Shown one piece after another: positions 27,143 through 36,225 of a stretch of 64,000 nt of DNA. Under the pieces are notes generated by a model. It had not been told where the DNA came from. It saw only the letters and a list, made by a program, of their open reading frames with translations, and ran no database searches. Numbering within the stretch: position 1 is the stretch's first letter; each line of letters begins with the position of its first letter. Source of the stretch: a virus; IMG/VR virus record IMGVR_UViG_3300050821_006235, positions 1-64,000 of that record. One strand, given 5' to 3'. The position numbers and the translations under genes are program-made.

Positions 27143-29074
27143 ATGAGCATGCAGCAGGCCGAGCAGGTACGGGCCGAACTGCCGCGCACCCTTGCCCCGC
27201 CCATCGCGAGGTCGGCGAGGTCATCGAGGACGGCGAAGGCGGCGGGTCGTCACGGGTGGCGGCTCCGTAAGCAGATCTCCCCGCTCGCCGCCATGGTGGG
27301 TGTGTGGGTGGCCGGGTGCGTGCTCCGCTGGACGGGCCTGTCCTGGTGGATGGCACTCGCCGCTGGTGCCGCATGCACCGCTCTGGGCGCGGCGGCGTCG
27401 GTGTGGCGGCTGAACCGGAAGATCGAGCGCGTCTACGCCGCGGCCGTGCTGATCGCCATCACCCTATGGGCGACCGCCGCAACCCGGTACGGGATCGGCC
27501 GGCCGATGCCCGCACTGCTCGCCGGTGGTGGGGGACTGCTGGCGTTGCCGTGGTGGTGGCATCACCGGCTGCGCGGCTCCGGCAAACACGACCCGGAGGT
27601 GCTGCCCGAGGACGCGGAGGAGGACCCGCGCATCGGCCAGTGGGCTGCCACCGTCGCACGTCCGGGCGGCCCGCTGACCGATTCCCGCCTGGTCGAGTGT
27701 GAGGACATCCGCGGCGGGTGGGCCGGAACCATCGAGATGCTGCGCGGCAACACCGCCCGCGCCGTGATGGCCACCGCCGACATCGGCGCCGCGTTGAAGC
27801 TCAAGGCGGGGAGCATCGTCATCGAGCCGCCGCCCGAAGGCGAGTTGCACCTGGCGAAGATCCTGGTGCTGCCCGACAACCCGCTCGCGAGGCGTGTGGA
27901 CTGGACCGGCCCCACCATCGACGTTGAGTCCGGGGTGTCGGTGCTCGGCTGGTACGCGGACGGGGAACCGGTCCACTACAGGCATTACCGGCCCGGCTCC
28001 GGCCCGATCCATGACCTGATTTCCGGGTGCACCGACTCGGGCAAGTCCCGCACCGTTGACCAGCTCCTCGCGGAGGAACGCCAGTCCGGTGTGATCGTGT
28101 CGCACGTGATCGACCCGCAGGGCGGCCAGTCCCTGCCGGACTGGCAGGACAACGTCGATAGGTACGCCCGCAGCATCCAGGAGGCGGTCTTTCTGCTGAT
28201 GCAGGCACGGGACCGCATGTACGCCCGCAACGCCTTCCTGGCGTCCGTGAAGTGGGTCGACGACAAGGGTCGCGGCCGGGTCGGCATCGGCCAGTTCACA
28301 CCGTGCGACCCGCGCCACGGCCTGCCGATGCTGTCCATCACCATCGACGAAGCGCAGACCGTCCTCGCCGACGTGGCGTGCAAGGTGCTGGTCGAGGAGA
28401 TGATCGGCATGTCCCGCAAGTGCGGGATCAAGTTCCGGCTCATCACCCAGGTCCCGCTGTTGCCGTCCCTCGGCAACTCCATGGTGATCCGGGACGCGGT
28501 CGCGGCCGGGAACGTCATCGTGCTCAGAACGGCGAACAGGCTCACCGGGCAGGTCGCCCTGAACGGGACGCTCCCGGTGGACCCGTGCAGCCTGCCGAAG
28601 CAGTGGCCCGACGGATCCACCACCTCCGGGCTCGGATTCGTGTCCGCGCCGGGCGCCGACCGTGCGGCGACGATGCGCGTCGGGTACGTCGAGGACGTCT
28701 TCCACTGGGCGACCACCGGCGACCCGGCCGTCTTGGAGCCGTACACCGGGCCGCCAGCCCAGGGCGGCGACGGAGCGTCCCAGGAGACGCCACAGCCCAC
28801 CGCCGTCCCCGACGACCCCGACCAGCAGCGGATCGGCGAAGACACCGTCCTGGCCTACCTCGCCGCGCACGCCGGCCAGGACATCGCCCGCGGCGAGATG
28901 TTCAACACCATTCAGGAGACCGTCGCGCCCGTACCCGCGTTGCGGACCCTGACCAAGGCCCTCACCGACCTCTCCGCACCCGACGTCCGGCTGATCGAGC
29001 GGACCGGGCGCGGCATGTACAGGATCACCGACGCCGGCAGAGCAGAGCTGGAACGGCGCGGCGTCGCAGCCTGA
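27143..29074 (+). CDS. traB: FtsK/SpoIIIE-type conjugative DNA translocase (TraB/TraSA-like)
   Basis: N-terminal TMs, Walker A GCTDSGKS, IDPQGG, Walker B ITIDEAQ, RKCGI..ITQ, C-terminal winged helix. Confidence 0.85.
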   Translation: MSMQQAEQVRAELPRTLAPPIARSARSSRTAKAAGRHGWRLRKQISPLAAMVGVWVAGCVLRWTGLSWWMALAAGAACTALGAAASVWRLNRKIERVYAAAVLIAITLWATAATRYGIGRPMPALLAGGGGLLALPWWWHHRLRGSGKHDPEVLPEDAEEDPRIGQWAATVARPGGPLTDSRLVECEDIRGGWAGTIEMLRGNTARAVMATADIGAALKLKAGSIVIEPPPEGELHLAKILVLPDNPLARRVDWTGPTIDVESGVSVLGWYADGEPVHYRHYRPGSGPIHDLISGCTDSGKSRTVDQLLAEERQSGVIVSHVIDPQGGQSLPDWQDNVDRYARSIQEAVFLLMQARDRMYARNAFLASVKWVDDKGRGRVGIGQFTPCDPRHGLPMLSITIDEAQTVLADVACKVLVEEMIGMSRKCGIKFRLITQVPLLPSLGNSMVIRDAVAAGNVIVLRTANRLTGQVALNGTLPVDPCSLPKQWPDGSTTSGLGFVSAPGADRAATMRVGYVEDVFHWATTGDPAVLEPYTGPPAQGGDGASQETPQPTAVPDDPDQQRIGEDTVLAYLAAHAGQDIARGEMFNTIQETVAPVPALRTLTKALTDLSAPDVRLIERTGRGMYRITDAGRAELERRGVAA

Positions 29075-29101
29075 CCCACCACTACGAAAAGGACGGCCGT
29101 C

Positions 29102-29419
29102 ATGAACGAGATCGCCTACTCCACGAGCACCCCCGAGCCCGCACCCGCCGATGACCGGAAAGGCTGGGACGCCATGGACCGGATGGCCCTGTGGACCTTC
29201 ACCGCCGCCGACCAGCAGACGTTCAGCGACGTCGTACGGCGCCTCCCGGCCGGGATCCACTTCCGGGTGATCCGGTTCGCGTTGCAGGAACTCGTGGACG
29301 GCGGGCTCGTGACCCGCATGAGCGAGGTGGGTCCGTGGCAGATCACCGCTGAGGGTGCGTCTCTTCTCGCCGAGCGGCTGGCCGCCCAGAAGGCCGCCGC
29401 GATCCGTCAGGCGGCCTGA
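29102..29419 (+). CDS. winged-helix-like protein
   Basis: ALQELVDGGLV..WQITAEG. Confidence 0.6.
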   Translation: MNEIAYSTSTPEPAPADDRKGWDAMDRMALWTFTAADQQTFSDVVRRLPAGIHFRVIRFALQELVDGGLVTRMSEVGPWQITAEGASLLAERLAAQKAAAIRQAA

Positions 29420-29421
29420 CC

Positions 29422-29721
29422 ATGGCGACCGAGCCCGCCGGATTCCGTCTGATGCACATGGACAAGCCGGCACATAACTGGGGTGAACTGCGAGGCGTGT
29501 TCCCGACGCTTCAAGAGGCGATGGACGCCGCAGGCCACCCCGACCCGACCCACTGGGTGACGGCCACCGGAGCACCCGATCGGCTGTTCATCGACTGGAT
29601 CCACTATGCCGACGACATCGAGGACCTCTACGGCATCATGCCGTGGTCGATCCACGCGCCTGGTGTCGCCGACCACTACACAGACCTGCTCACCGCTGAC
29701 GTCGTCGCCGAAAGGAATTGA
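29422..29721 (+). CDS. hypothetical protein
   Basis: Operonic. Confidence 0.6.
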   Translation: MATEPAGFRLMHMDKPAHNWGELRGVFPTLQEAMDAAGHPDPTHWVTATGAPDRLFIDWIHYADDIEDLYGIMPWSIHAPGVADHYTDLLTADVVAERN

Positions 29722-29723
29722 CT

Positions 29724-29960
29724 ATGCCCGACATCCCCGCCCTCGCTCGGTACGTCACGGTCGGCCGGGCGGCTGTAGAGGTCACAGCCGACGGTCCGGC
29801 CGTGACAGGGACGTGCGGCGGCTGTGGTGGCCTCAAGACCGCCCGCCTCCGCAGCGGGCCACCGCCGGGCGCATGGGACGGCTTGGTCGCCACTCTCACG
29901 CTTTGGGCTCAGGCGCACGCTGAGGCGTGTCGTATCGCGCTTATGCCGGGCGGGGTCTGA
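29724..29960 (+). CDS. small zinc-finger protein
   Basis: RYVTVG..CGGC..AQAHAEAC. Confidence 0.65.
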   Translation: MPDIPALARYVTVGRAAVEVTADGPAVTGTCGGCGGLKTARLRSGPPPGAWDGLVATLTLWAQAHAEACRIALMPGGV

Positions 29961-29967
29961 CGTGGTC

Positions 29968-30240
29968 ATGTTCCGGCGTCCCCGGCAGGAGTCCACTCTG
30001 CCGCCCGAGCCCGACCTGAGCCCGCCCGCCGACACGGTCGTCATGCGGTTCCTCACTCGGGGCGGCGCGACCGTTGTCGTCGTCGAGCGCGAGAGGCCGA
30101 AGTACGGGGAGCGTTTCGGTTGGGTGTGCCTCGGCTGCGAGACGATCGGGCCGTCCGCCGAGGAGGTCGCCGGGTACGTCCGCGACCGCGCCAACCGGCA
30201 TGCGGGCGAGTGCCGCGCAATGCCGCAGCCGGTGGCCTGA
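29968..30240 (+). CDS. small zinc-finger protein (paralog of previous)
   Basis: RFLTRGGATV..CLGC..ANRHAGECRA. Confidence 0.65.
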   Translation: MFRRPRQESTLPPEPDLSPPADTVVMRFLTRGGATVVVVERERPKYGERFGWVCLGCETIGPSAEEVAGYVRDRANRHAGECRAMPQPVA

Positions 30241-30241
30241 C

Positions 30242-30445
30242 GTGGCGGCCCGCGATGTGGACCGCTACCCGCAGGTGCTCGACACCAGCACCGATGTGTG
30301 GCACCGGCGGCCGGACACCGATGGCGGGGGCGGCCCCAGCTACCCGACGGTGTGCGGCCGGACCGTCACCACACACACGGTGGACGAGCCGGAAGGCGTG
30401 CCGGAAGGGTGGCAGACCCGCTGCCGGGAAGGGTGCTTCGCTTGA
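30242..30445 (+). CDS. small hypothetical protein
   Basis: WH..TVCG..C..C. Confidence 0.5.
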   Translation: MAARDVDRYPQVLDTSTDVWHRRPDTDGGGGPSYPTVCGRTVTTHTVDEPEGVPEGWQTRCREGCFA

Positions 30446-30588
30446 CCACCCGGCAAGCCCTGTGGGCTGTCCTGGTCGCCGTGTTCGGGTACGGCCTGTG
30501 GGCTGTGGCCGGATGGCTTCAAGGGCTCACTGTGGCGGCTCTGGTCGCGATACTGGGCTACATGGTGGAGCGGGGGAGGACCCAGTGA
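30442..30588 (+). CDS. small membrane protein
   Basis: Two hydrophobic segments. Confidence 0.5.
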   Translation: MTTRQALWAVLVAVFGYGLWAVAGWLQGLTVAALVAILGYMVERGRTQ

Positions 30589-30845
30589 ATGACCGGACCA
30601 AACGCGCTCTCGCCGACATCGACGACGTGATCACAGACTGGAACGGCAGCAGGGACTCGATGCGGTGGAGTCCGGGGCCGCCGGAGACTGGCGAGCGTTC
30701 CATCCTGAGCCAACGCCCGTCGCTCGTTGGGTCGGACGGGTCGGGCGCGTACACCGTGCGGGCCATGCTGCACACCGGGAGGGCGGCCACGTTCCGTACC
30801 GGCGTTTGGGCCAGCCACCAGGCGAGCGAAGGGACCACGCAGTGA
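30585..30845 (+). CDS. hypothetical protein
   Basis: LADIDDVITDWNGSRDSMRWSP. Confidence 0.55.
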   Translation: MNDRTKRALADIDDVITDWNGSRDSMRWSPGPPETGERSILSQRPSLVGSDGSGAYTVRAMLHTGRAATFRTGVWASHQASEGTTQ

Positions 30846-31201
30846 GTGACCCGAAGGCCCGGCTGGACGAGGATGAGCGAGTGGCCAGCGAGGCTGTCGC
30901 TGGCCCGTGGACGGCCAGCGGCGGCTACATCACCGGTGGCGAGCCACCCAACGACGGTGACTTCGGCGAAGTCCACATCCTGCCGTACGCCCCCAACGAG
31001 TACGACCCCGACGAGAAGACCGCCGCCCACATCGCCCGCCACGACCCCGCCCGCGTCCTGGCGGATGTCGAGCGCACCCGCCGGATCATCGCCGAGTGCG
31101 AGTACGTCATCCGAGACAGCGCCAACCGGGACACCGGAGACGGGGTCGGCTTGGCTGAGACCATTTTGGGGATCCTTGGCGACGAGGTGAGCGGACAGTG
31201 A
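30842..31201 (+). CDS. DUF6221-like phage protein
   Basis: ARLDEDE..HIARHDPARVLADVE..RRII. Confidence 0.75.
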   Translation: MSDPKARLDEDERVASEAVAGPWTASGGYITGGEPPNDGDFGEVHILPYAPNEYDPDEKTAAHIARHDPARVLADVERTRRIIAECEYVIRDSANRDTGDGVGLAETILGILGDEVSGQ

Positions 31202-31416
31202 CCACCACGCTGACCGAGCCGGACCAGACCCGGCCGGACGCCGACGACGGCGACCTCGTGCACTTCTGGTGCTGCGACCAGAACGTTGCGATGTGCGGAG
31301 CGGACATCAGCGACGAGCCGCTCGTCCCGGACGCCAGCGCAGAGGAGGTGTGCACGCTGTGCCGGATCGTCGATGACAACCGGTGGGCGTGCCCGGTACC
31401 GGGATGCTCGCCCTAG
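31198..31416 (+). CDS. small Cys-rich protein
   Basis: HFWCCD..MCG..CTLC..CP. Confidence 0.6.
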   Translation: MTTTLTEPDQTRPDADDGDLVHFWCCDQNVAMCGADISDEPLVPDASAEEVCTLCRIVDDNRWACPVPGCSP

Positions 31417-31442
31417 CTCCTCATAAGCCTCATTCTGTGGAG
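31417..31442. other. dif/res-like tyrosine recombinase core site
   Basis: CTCCTCATAA-GCCTCA-TTCTGTGGAG: 10-bp inverted arms (8/10) with 6-bp spacer in an AT-rich gap upstream of the recombinase operon. Confidence 0.5.
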
Positions 31443-31506
31443 TTAACGATCTTGTAGGGATTGGAAAATCCCGGAAATTATGCGTCTGAGATGAGAGAAT
31501 GAAGGC

Positions 31507-31635
31507 ATGAGCAACGACACCGAGGTCCGTTCCGACAGCGAAGCCGAGATGCACCCTGACGACATGTGGGTCTTCCAGTGCGGCATCGAGGGATGCTCTC
31601 TGACGGGAATCCTGCACACCCACGAGCAAAGCTGA
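31507..31635 (+). CDS. small hypothetical protein
   Basis: 42 aa read by hand, C..C..HTH; possibly leaderless after GAGAAT. Confidence 0.4.
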   Translation: MSNDTEVRSDSEAEMHPDDMWVFQCGIEGCSLTGILHTHEQS

Positions 31636-31672
31636 TTGAAGCCATGGGCCACATCGACGGAGAGAAGCAGCC

Positions 31673-31987
31673 ATGACGATCGACATCTCGGGTCTCGACA
31701 AGGGCGCCGTCCTGGCCGCCTTGTGGAACAACGCCGCCCTGCCACCGAACCACGCCGTAGTGCACCCCCGCACCCGCCCGATGACCGTTGACGAGGCCCA
31801 CAAAGCCTTCATCGCCGAGGGCGGCCACGGCTTCGACTACTACCAGGACCGGATTTTGAAGTTCCACCTCGGAGCCGACGAGTTCGACCCGCGGTGGTAC
31901 GACCGCGACAACGGCCAAGGCCTCGCCGAGCGCGTCATCGAGCACCTGCGCGTCACCGGTTCCGTGGACAAACTCGCTGACGCATGA
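31673..31987 (+). CDS. conserved hypothetical protein
   Basis: IDISGLDKGAVLAALWN..FDYYQDR..YDRDNGQG. Confidence 0.75.
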   Translation: MTIDISGLDKGAVLAALWNNAALPPNHAVVHPRTRPMTVDEAHKAFIAEGGHGFDYYQDRILKFHLGADEFDPRWYDRDNGQGLAERVIEHLRVTGSVDKLADA

Positions 31988-32979
31988 CCGAGGTCGAACC
32001 GGCCGCCACTCCCCTACCGGCCCTCGCGGTCCACGAGCGCCCCGCCTTCGACCCGTACGAGGTGTACATCGCCTCCCTGGCCTCCCCCGAGTCCAAGCGG
32101 ACCATGCGCGGCGCCCTCGACCGGATCGCCCGCATGCAGACCGGAGACCCCGACGCCACCGGAGCATGGCAGCCGTGGTGGCTGCTCCGCTACGAGCACA
32201 CCACCCAGATCCGAGCCGACCTGATCGCCGCGGGCCACTCCCCCACCCACGTCAACAAGCACCTCATCGCTCTCCGCCGAGTGCTACGCGTGTGCTGGCG
32301 GATGCGCCTGATGTCGGCCGACGAGTACGAGCGGGCGCGCGACATCGAGAGCGTGACAGGCGAACGGCTCCTGGCCGGGCGGGACATCCATCGTGACGAG
32401 CTGGCCGCGATGCTCCGCGTCTGCGCCGAGACCGAGGGCGCAGCCGGCATCCGCGATGCAGCCATCATGGCGGTGCTGTTCTCCACCGGCCTGCGCCGGT
32501 CCGAGATCGCCGGGGCGCTGCTGGAGTGCTACAACCCCGGCGAACGCTCACTGAAGATCATCGGCAAGCGGAACAAAGAACGGGTCGTCTACGTCACGCC
32601 ATCCGCCGTCGCAGTACTCGATCGGTGGCTGCACCTGCTCGACATTCGGCGCGGGCCGATGTTCCGGCCGATCCACAAGACCGGCGTTATCAGCAACGGC
32701 GCTATGACGCCCCGAGCGGTCGGCTACATCGTGGACCGAACCCGCCGAAAAGCAGGATTGCCGCTGCTGGCCACTCACGACTTCCGCCGCACCTACACGG
32801 GCGATCTGCTGGACGCGGGCGTAGACCTGTCGACCGTTCAGAAGCTCCTAGGGCACGCCTCGCCGACGACCACCGCACGGTACGACCGGCGCCCCGACCG
32901 CGCGCTGAGGGACGCCTCAGACCTGCTGAGCCTGCCATCTCCAGAGCCCCTTCGGGACGAGCCAAGGAGCGAGCTGTGA
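31984..32979 (+). CDS. XerC/D-like tyrosine recombinase (resolvase type)
   Basis: RD..TGLRRSE, GKRNKER, HDFRR, LLGH, RYD catalytic residues. Confidence 0.92.
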   Translation: MTEVEPAATPLPALAVHERPAFDPYEVYIASLASPESKRTMRGALDRIARMQTGDPDATGAWQPWWLLRYEHTTQIRADLIAAGHSPTHVNKHLIALRRVLRVCWRMRLMSADEYERARDIESVTGERLLAGRDIHRDELAAMLRVCAETEGAAGIRDAAIMAVLFSTGLRRSEIAGALLECYNPGERSLKIIGKRNKERVVYVTPSAVAVLDRWLHLLDIRRGPMFRPIHKTGVISNGAMTPRAVGYIVDRTRRKAGLPLLATHDFRRTYTGDLLDAGVDLSTVQKLLGHASPTTTARYDRRPDRALRDASDLLSLPSPEPLRDEPRSEL

Positions 32980-33323
32980 GCGGCGAGATGGAACTGACAG
33001 GGACAGCCCTCCCCGCCATACGCCCCGCCACCTACCCGGAGGAGAAGTGGTACGCCGGGGATCTCGTCTTGGACGCCGCGGGCATCTTGTGGATCCGGTC
33101 GTCCGATCAGGGTGTCGCGGAGGGCTGGCCGTGGAGCTACACGGGCGGCTGGCACCCGTGCGACCTGCACGCCCCGGGCGGTGACCGGCCAGAGGAGGAG
33201 GCGGTGCGGCCTCTGACGCTGCTCGTGCGAGGCGGGAAGCCGGTACGGACCATCATCTACCGGCCAGGCCCGGACAGTGCCGAGATCGAAGCAGGGGACG
33301 AGCCACCCGGGGGCGAACCGTGA
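32976..33323 (+). CDS. hypothetical protein
   Basis: GDLVLDAAG..W..RPLTLLVRGG. Confidence 0.6.
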   Translation: MSGEMELTGTALPAIRPATYPEEKWYAGDLVLDAAGILWIRSSDQGVAEGWPWSYTGGWHPCDLHAPGGDRPEEEAVRPLTLLVRGGKPVRTIIYRPGPDSAEIEAGDEPPGGEP

Positions 33324-33682
33324 GCGAGGACTTCGAGCCTCACCCGCGCGTCCACCGAGCGGTCCAGTTCACCTGCCACGACCACGGCTGCGACGTTGGC
33401 TACAACGAAGCGCCCGAGCGGGAGATCGCCAGCGGCTTGCTGGAGGACGTCGGCGACTGGCACCGAGCCGTGGCAGGCCTCACCCGGGCTAGCGTTCCAC
33501 CAGGCGTCGCGGAGGCTTTGGAGGTGCTTCACGAGGCGGCGTGTGGGTGGGTGGACTGGCTGGACCGGGCAAGCGGCAAGCAGGCGACTCAGCCGGGCAA
33601 GCCCTCCCCCAGGGCAGGATGGACCCGTGACCGACATCGACGACGTGATCGCGTTCTACCGGGCACGGTTGGACGAGGGTGA
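33320..33682 (+). CDS. hypothetical protein
   Basis: Coupled start; overlaps next gene by 56 nt. Confidence 0.45.
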   Translation: MSEDFEPHPRVHRAVQFTCHDHGCDVGYNEAPEREIASGLLEDVGDWHRAVAGLTRASVPPGVAEALEVLHEAACGWVDWLDRASGKQATQPGKPSPRAGWTRDRHRRRDRVLPGTVGRG

Positions 33683-34229
33683 GCAATGGGCGCTGGCCGC
33701 ATCCAAGCCGTACCGCTATGCGGACGGTAATCCGCCCGTACCGCCGCAGGGTGTTCGCTGGACGTGGGTGGTCGGGGAGAACTGGGAGCCCGTCACCCCC
33801 GACCCGGTGCTGGACGAGTTCGTGGCCGAGCCCGGCGAGAGTTGCAATCTCGCCACGGTGGAGAAGTGGCCCTCCGACCGATGGGAAATGCGCAACGCCT
33901 ACGCCAACTGCATCGTGGAGATGGACAGTGCCGCCGCTGGTCACATCGTCCGCCACGACCCAGCCCGGGTACTCAAGAAGGTCGCCGCAGGGCGTGCGCT
34001 CATCCGCCTGTACGAGCAGTCCCTTGAGATGGTCGCGATGTTCCAGGGTCACGGCATGGACGGCAAGGGCTACGAGATCGCAGTCGAGTCGTACGCCAAC
34101 GCGATCCGCCTGGAAGCTTCCGTCTGGGACGACCATGAGGACTGGGATCCGGCATGGCGGCGAGGGTGGATGGACGAGATCCTGTCTGCCGTTGAGCCAC
34201 TCCCCCACCCTGAACGGAGCGAGACGTGA
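33627..34229 (+). CDS. DUF6221-like phage protein (second paralog)
   Basis: IAFYRARLDE..HIVRHDPARVL..WDDHEDWDPAW. Confidence 0.8.
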   Translation: MTDIDDVIAFYRARLDEGEQWALAASKPYRYADGNPPVPPQGVRWTWVVGENWEPVTPDPVLDEFVAEPGESCNLATVEKWPSDRWEMRNAYANCIVEMDSAAAGHIVRHDPARVLKKVAAGRALIRLYEQSLEMVAMFQGHGMDGKGYEIAVESYANAIRLEASVWDDHEDWDPAWRRGWMDEILSAVEPLPHPERSET

Positions 34230-34624
34230 GCCCAGACCTGTGGACGATCGGTGCCGACATCGGCCAGATGGTGACCGGCCTGTCGGTCGTCACCGCCACC
34301 TACGTGTGGACGCGCGGCCGGCTGAGCGACCGTCGTGAGCGGAAGGCGGCGATCAGGCAGCGCACGTGGGGCGGTTACATCGACCAGAGCGGGATCAACA
34401 CCTGGCTCGTGCAGCTCGCCGAGGAGCCTGACCGTCCCACCGGGCGGGTCGTCCTGGACGTGGTCGACGGCAAGGGCGAACCGAGCGTGAACGGTGCTCA
34501 CAGCCTCCGGCAGCGGATCATCGGAGAAGGGATGCTCGGCAGGGTCCCCACGACCGAGGAGTATGAGTTGCTGGCTGCGTTGCAGAAGGAACGCGGGTAC
34601 GGCAAGGGCTTCCCGGTCCGATGA
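34226..34624 (+). CDS. membrane-anchored hypothetical protein
   Basis: N-terminal hydrophobic helix. Confidence 0.65.
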   Translation: MSPDLWTIGADIGQMVTGLSVVTATYVWTRGRLSDRRERKAAIRQRTWGGYIDQSGINTWLVQLAEEPDRPTGRVVLDVVDGKGEPSVNGAHSLRQRIIGEGMLGRVPTTEEYELLAALQKERGYGKGFPVR

Positions 34625-34878
34625 CTCTCCCCTGCTTCTGCTGCGGCAAGGCTCTCGAATCCGTAGATCCGCTCGGCGATGACGACAACGAGCCGAGCGA
34701 GGCGACCACGTTCCGCACCGGCGGGCACTACGGGTCAGGCGCGTTCGACCCGATGGACGGCAGCATGCTCGAACTCAACGTGTGCGACGACTGCCTGACC
34801 GGCGGGGCCGAGCGGGTTGTGCTGCTGCGGACGGTCCAGACCGTACAGACGACATCATCGGCGTGGATCCCGGACTGA
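34621..34878 (+). CDS. small zinc-binding protein
   Basis: CFCCG..GHYGS..FD..VCDDC. Confidence 0.7.
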   Translation: MTLPCFCCGKALESVDPLGDDDNEPSEATTFRTGGHYGSGAFDPMDGSMLELNVCDDCLTGGAERVVLLRTVQTVQTTSSAWIPD

Positions 34879-35094
34879 CCCCGCTTGCCCGTACGTGGGC
34901 GAAGGCGACTTCCCGCAGGTCACAGCGTCGGGCTGCTGAGCCCTTCCGAGGTGTTGCGGATCGTTCCGACCGCTATCCTGGGTCTCGTCCCGGTCGTCTG
35001 CTGGCGGCAACGTCAGCATCCGTGGCAGCGGCTCAAGCCGACCGGGTGTTGCTATCGGCCCCGTCCACGGGTCCCGCTCCTACGGGAGCACGTC

Positions 35095-35124
35095 CTACGG
35101 CCACTCCCCCGGGGGTGGCCGTAG
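35095..35124. terminator. hairpin/terminator
   Basis: CTACGGCCAC...GTGGCCGTAG. Confidence 0.55.
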
Positions 35125-35234
35125 CTGTCTCGCGGTGTCTACGGCTGTATAGGCAGTCTCGTCGTCTCCGGGCGGCAGGGTGCTGCTCTTCCCTGGGTCT
35201 GGCGCGGTCCGGCATGCGGTGTAATGATCGGCGG

Positions 35235-36026
35235 ATGTCACCCGACCATCCCCCGCCCAAAATCGACCTCGCGAACGCCTCACCGTCCCGCGTCTACAAC
35301 GCCCTGCGAGGCGGGAGCGGACACTACCTCCCGGACCGGTCCGTCATCGCCGGGATCAAGGAGTTCGAGCCCGGAATCGCGTTGCTCGCCGCCCGCAACC
35401 GGGCTTTCCTCGGCCGGGTGGTCCGCTACCTCACCGCGCAAGGTGTCACGCAGTTCCTGGACTTGGGGTGTGGTCTGCCCGAGCGCCCGAACGTCCACGA
35501 GATCGCCTGGGAAACCGAGCCGGCGGCCCGGGTCGTCTACATCGACAACGACCCGAACGTCTTGGCCAACGTGCACGCGCTCGTGTCCGGCGACCACCGA
35601 ACCGCGTACCTGGAAGCGGATGTGCGCGACGTTGAGGCGATCTGGGCGTCGCCGCAGTTCGCGATCCTTGACCCCGATCGGCCGATCGGGTTCCTGGCGT
35701 TCACCCTGCTGCATTTCCTGCACCCCGCCGACGACCCGGCCGGGGTCGTGGACTGGCTCGGCGAACACTCGGCCCCGGGCGGCTACTTGGCGCTGTCGCA
35801 TCTCAGCCATGAGCTGCTCGACGCCGATGGGCGCGTCGAGGCGCAGGAGGTGTTCGACGCGGCCATCGCGGGCCTGATCCACATCCGCACCCGCGACGAG
35901 ATCGCCGCCCTGCTCGGGGACCGTGAGCTAGTTGAGCCTGGTCTCGTCCCCGTCGCCGCGTGGCGGCCGGACGAGCCTGCCGCCACTACCCGGCTGGTGA
36001 ACTTCGGCGCGGTCGCCCACCTGTGA
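35235..36026 (+). CDS. SAM-dependent methyltransferase (actinobacterial DUF574/Methyltransf_19 type)
   Basis: RVYN..GG..NRAFLGRVVRYL..QFLDLGCGLP..NVHE..VYIDNDP..PGLV..WRP. Confidence 0.92.
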   Translation: MSPDHPPPKIDLANASPSRVYNALRGGSGHYLPDRSVIAGIKEFEPGIALLAARNRAFLGRVVRYLTAQGVTQFLDLGCGLPERPNVHEIAWETEPAARVVYIDNDPNVLANVHALVSGDHRTAYLEADVRDVEAIWASPQFAILDPDRPIGFLAFTLLHFLHPADDPAGVVDWLGEHSAPGGYLALSHLSHELLDADGRVEAQEVFDAAIAGLIHIRTRDEIAALLGDRELVEPGLVPVAAWRPDEPAATTRLVNFGAVAHL

Positions 36027-36027
36027 C

Positions 36028-36225
36028 CTACCCGTGGTGTCCGGCCTTAATGCCGGTCACCAGTGCGGCGAAACCGGGCCGGGACACGCTCAGCCACGGG
36101 GCGTCCGGGTGCTTGGAGTCCCGTACGGCGATGCGGCGGCCGTTCGAACCGGCCTGGACACACTGCCCTTCGGCGGTGCTGTGGGAGGACGTTAGCCACA
36201 CGATGCTGTTCGGGATGGTATCCAC
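36028..36225 (-). CDS. DUF397 protein
   Basis: WLTSSHS..GQCV..IAVRDSKHP. Confidence 0.9.
   Translation of the reverse strand: MDTIPNSIVWLTSSHSTAEGQCVQAGSNGRRIAVRDSKHPDAPWLSVSRPGFAALVTGIKAGHHG

Noticed and set aside
27464-29575. 703-aa minus-strand ORF
   Set aside because: Antisense shadow of traB
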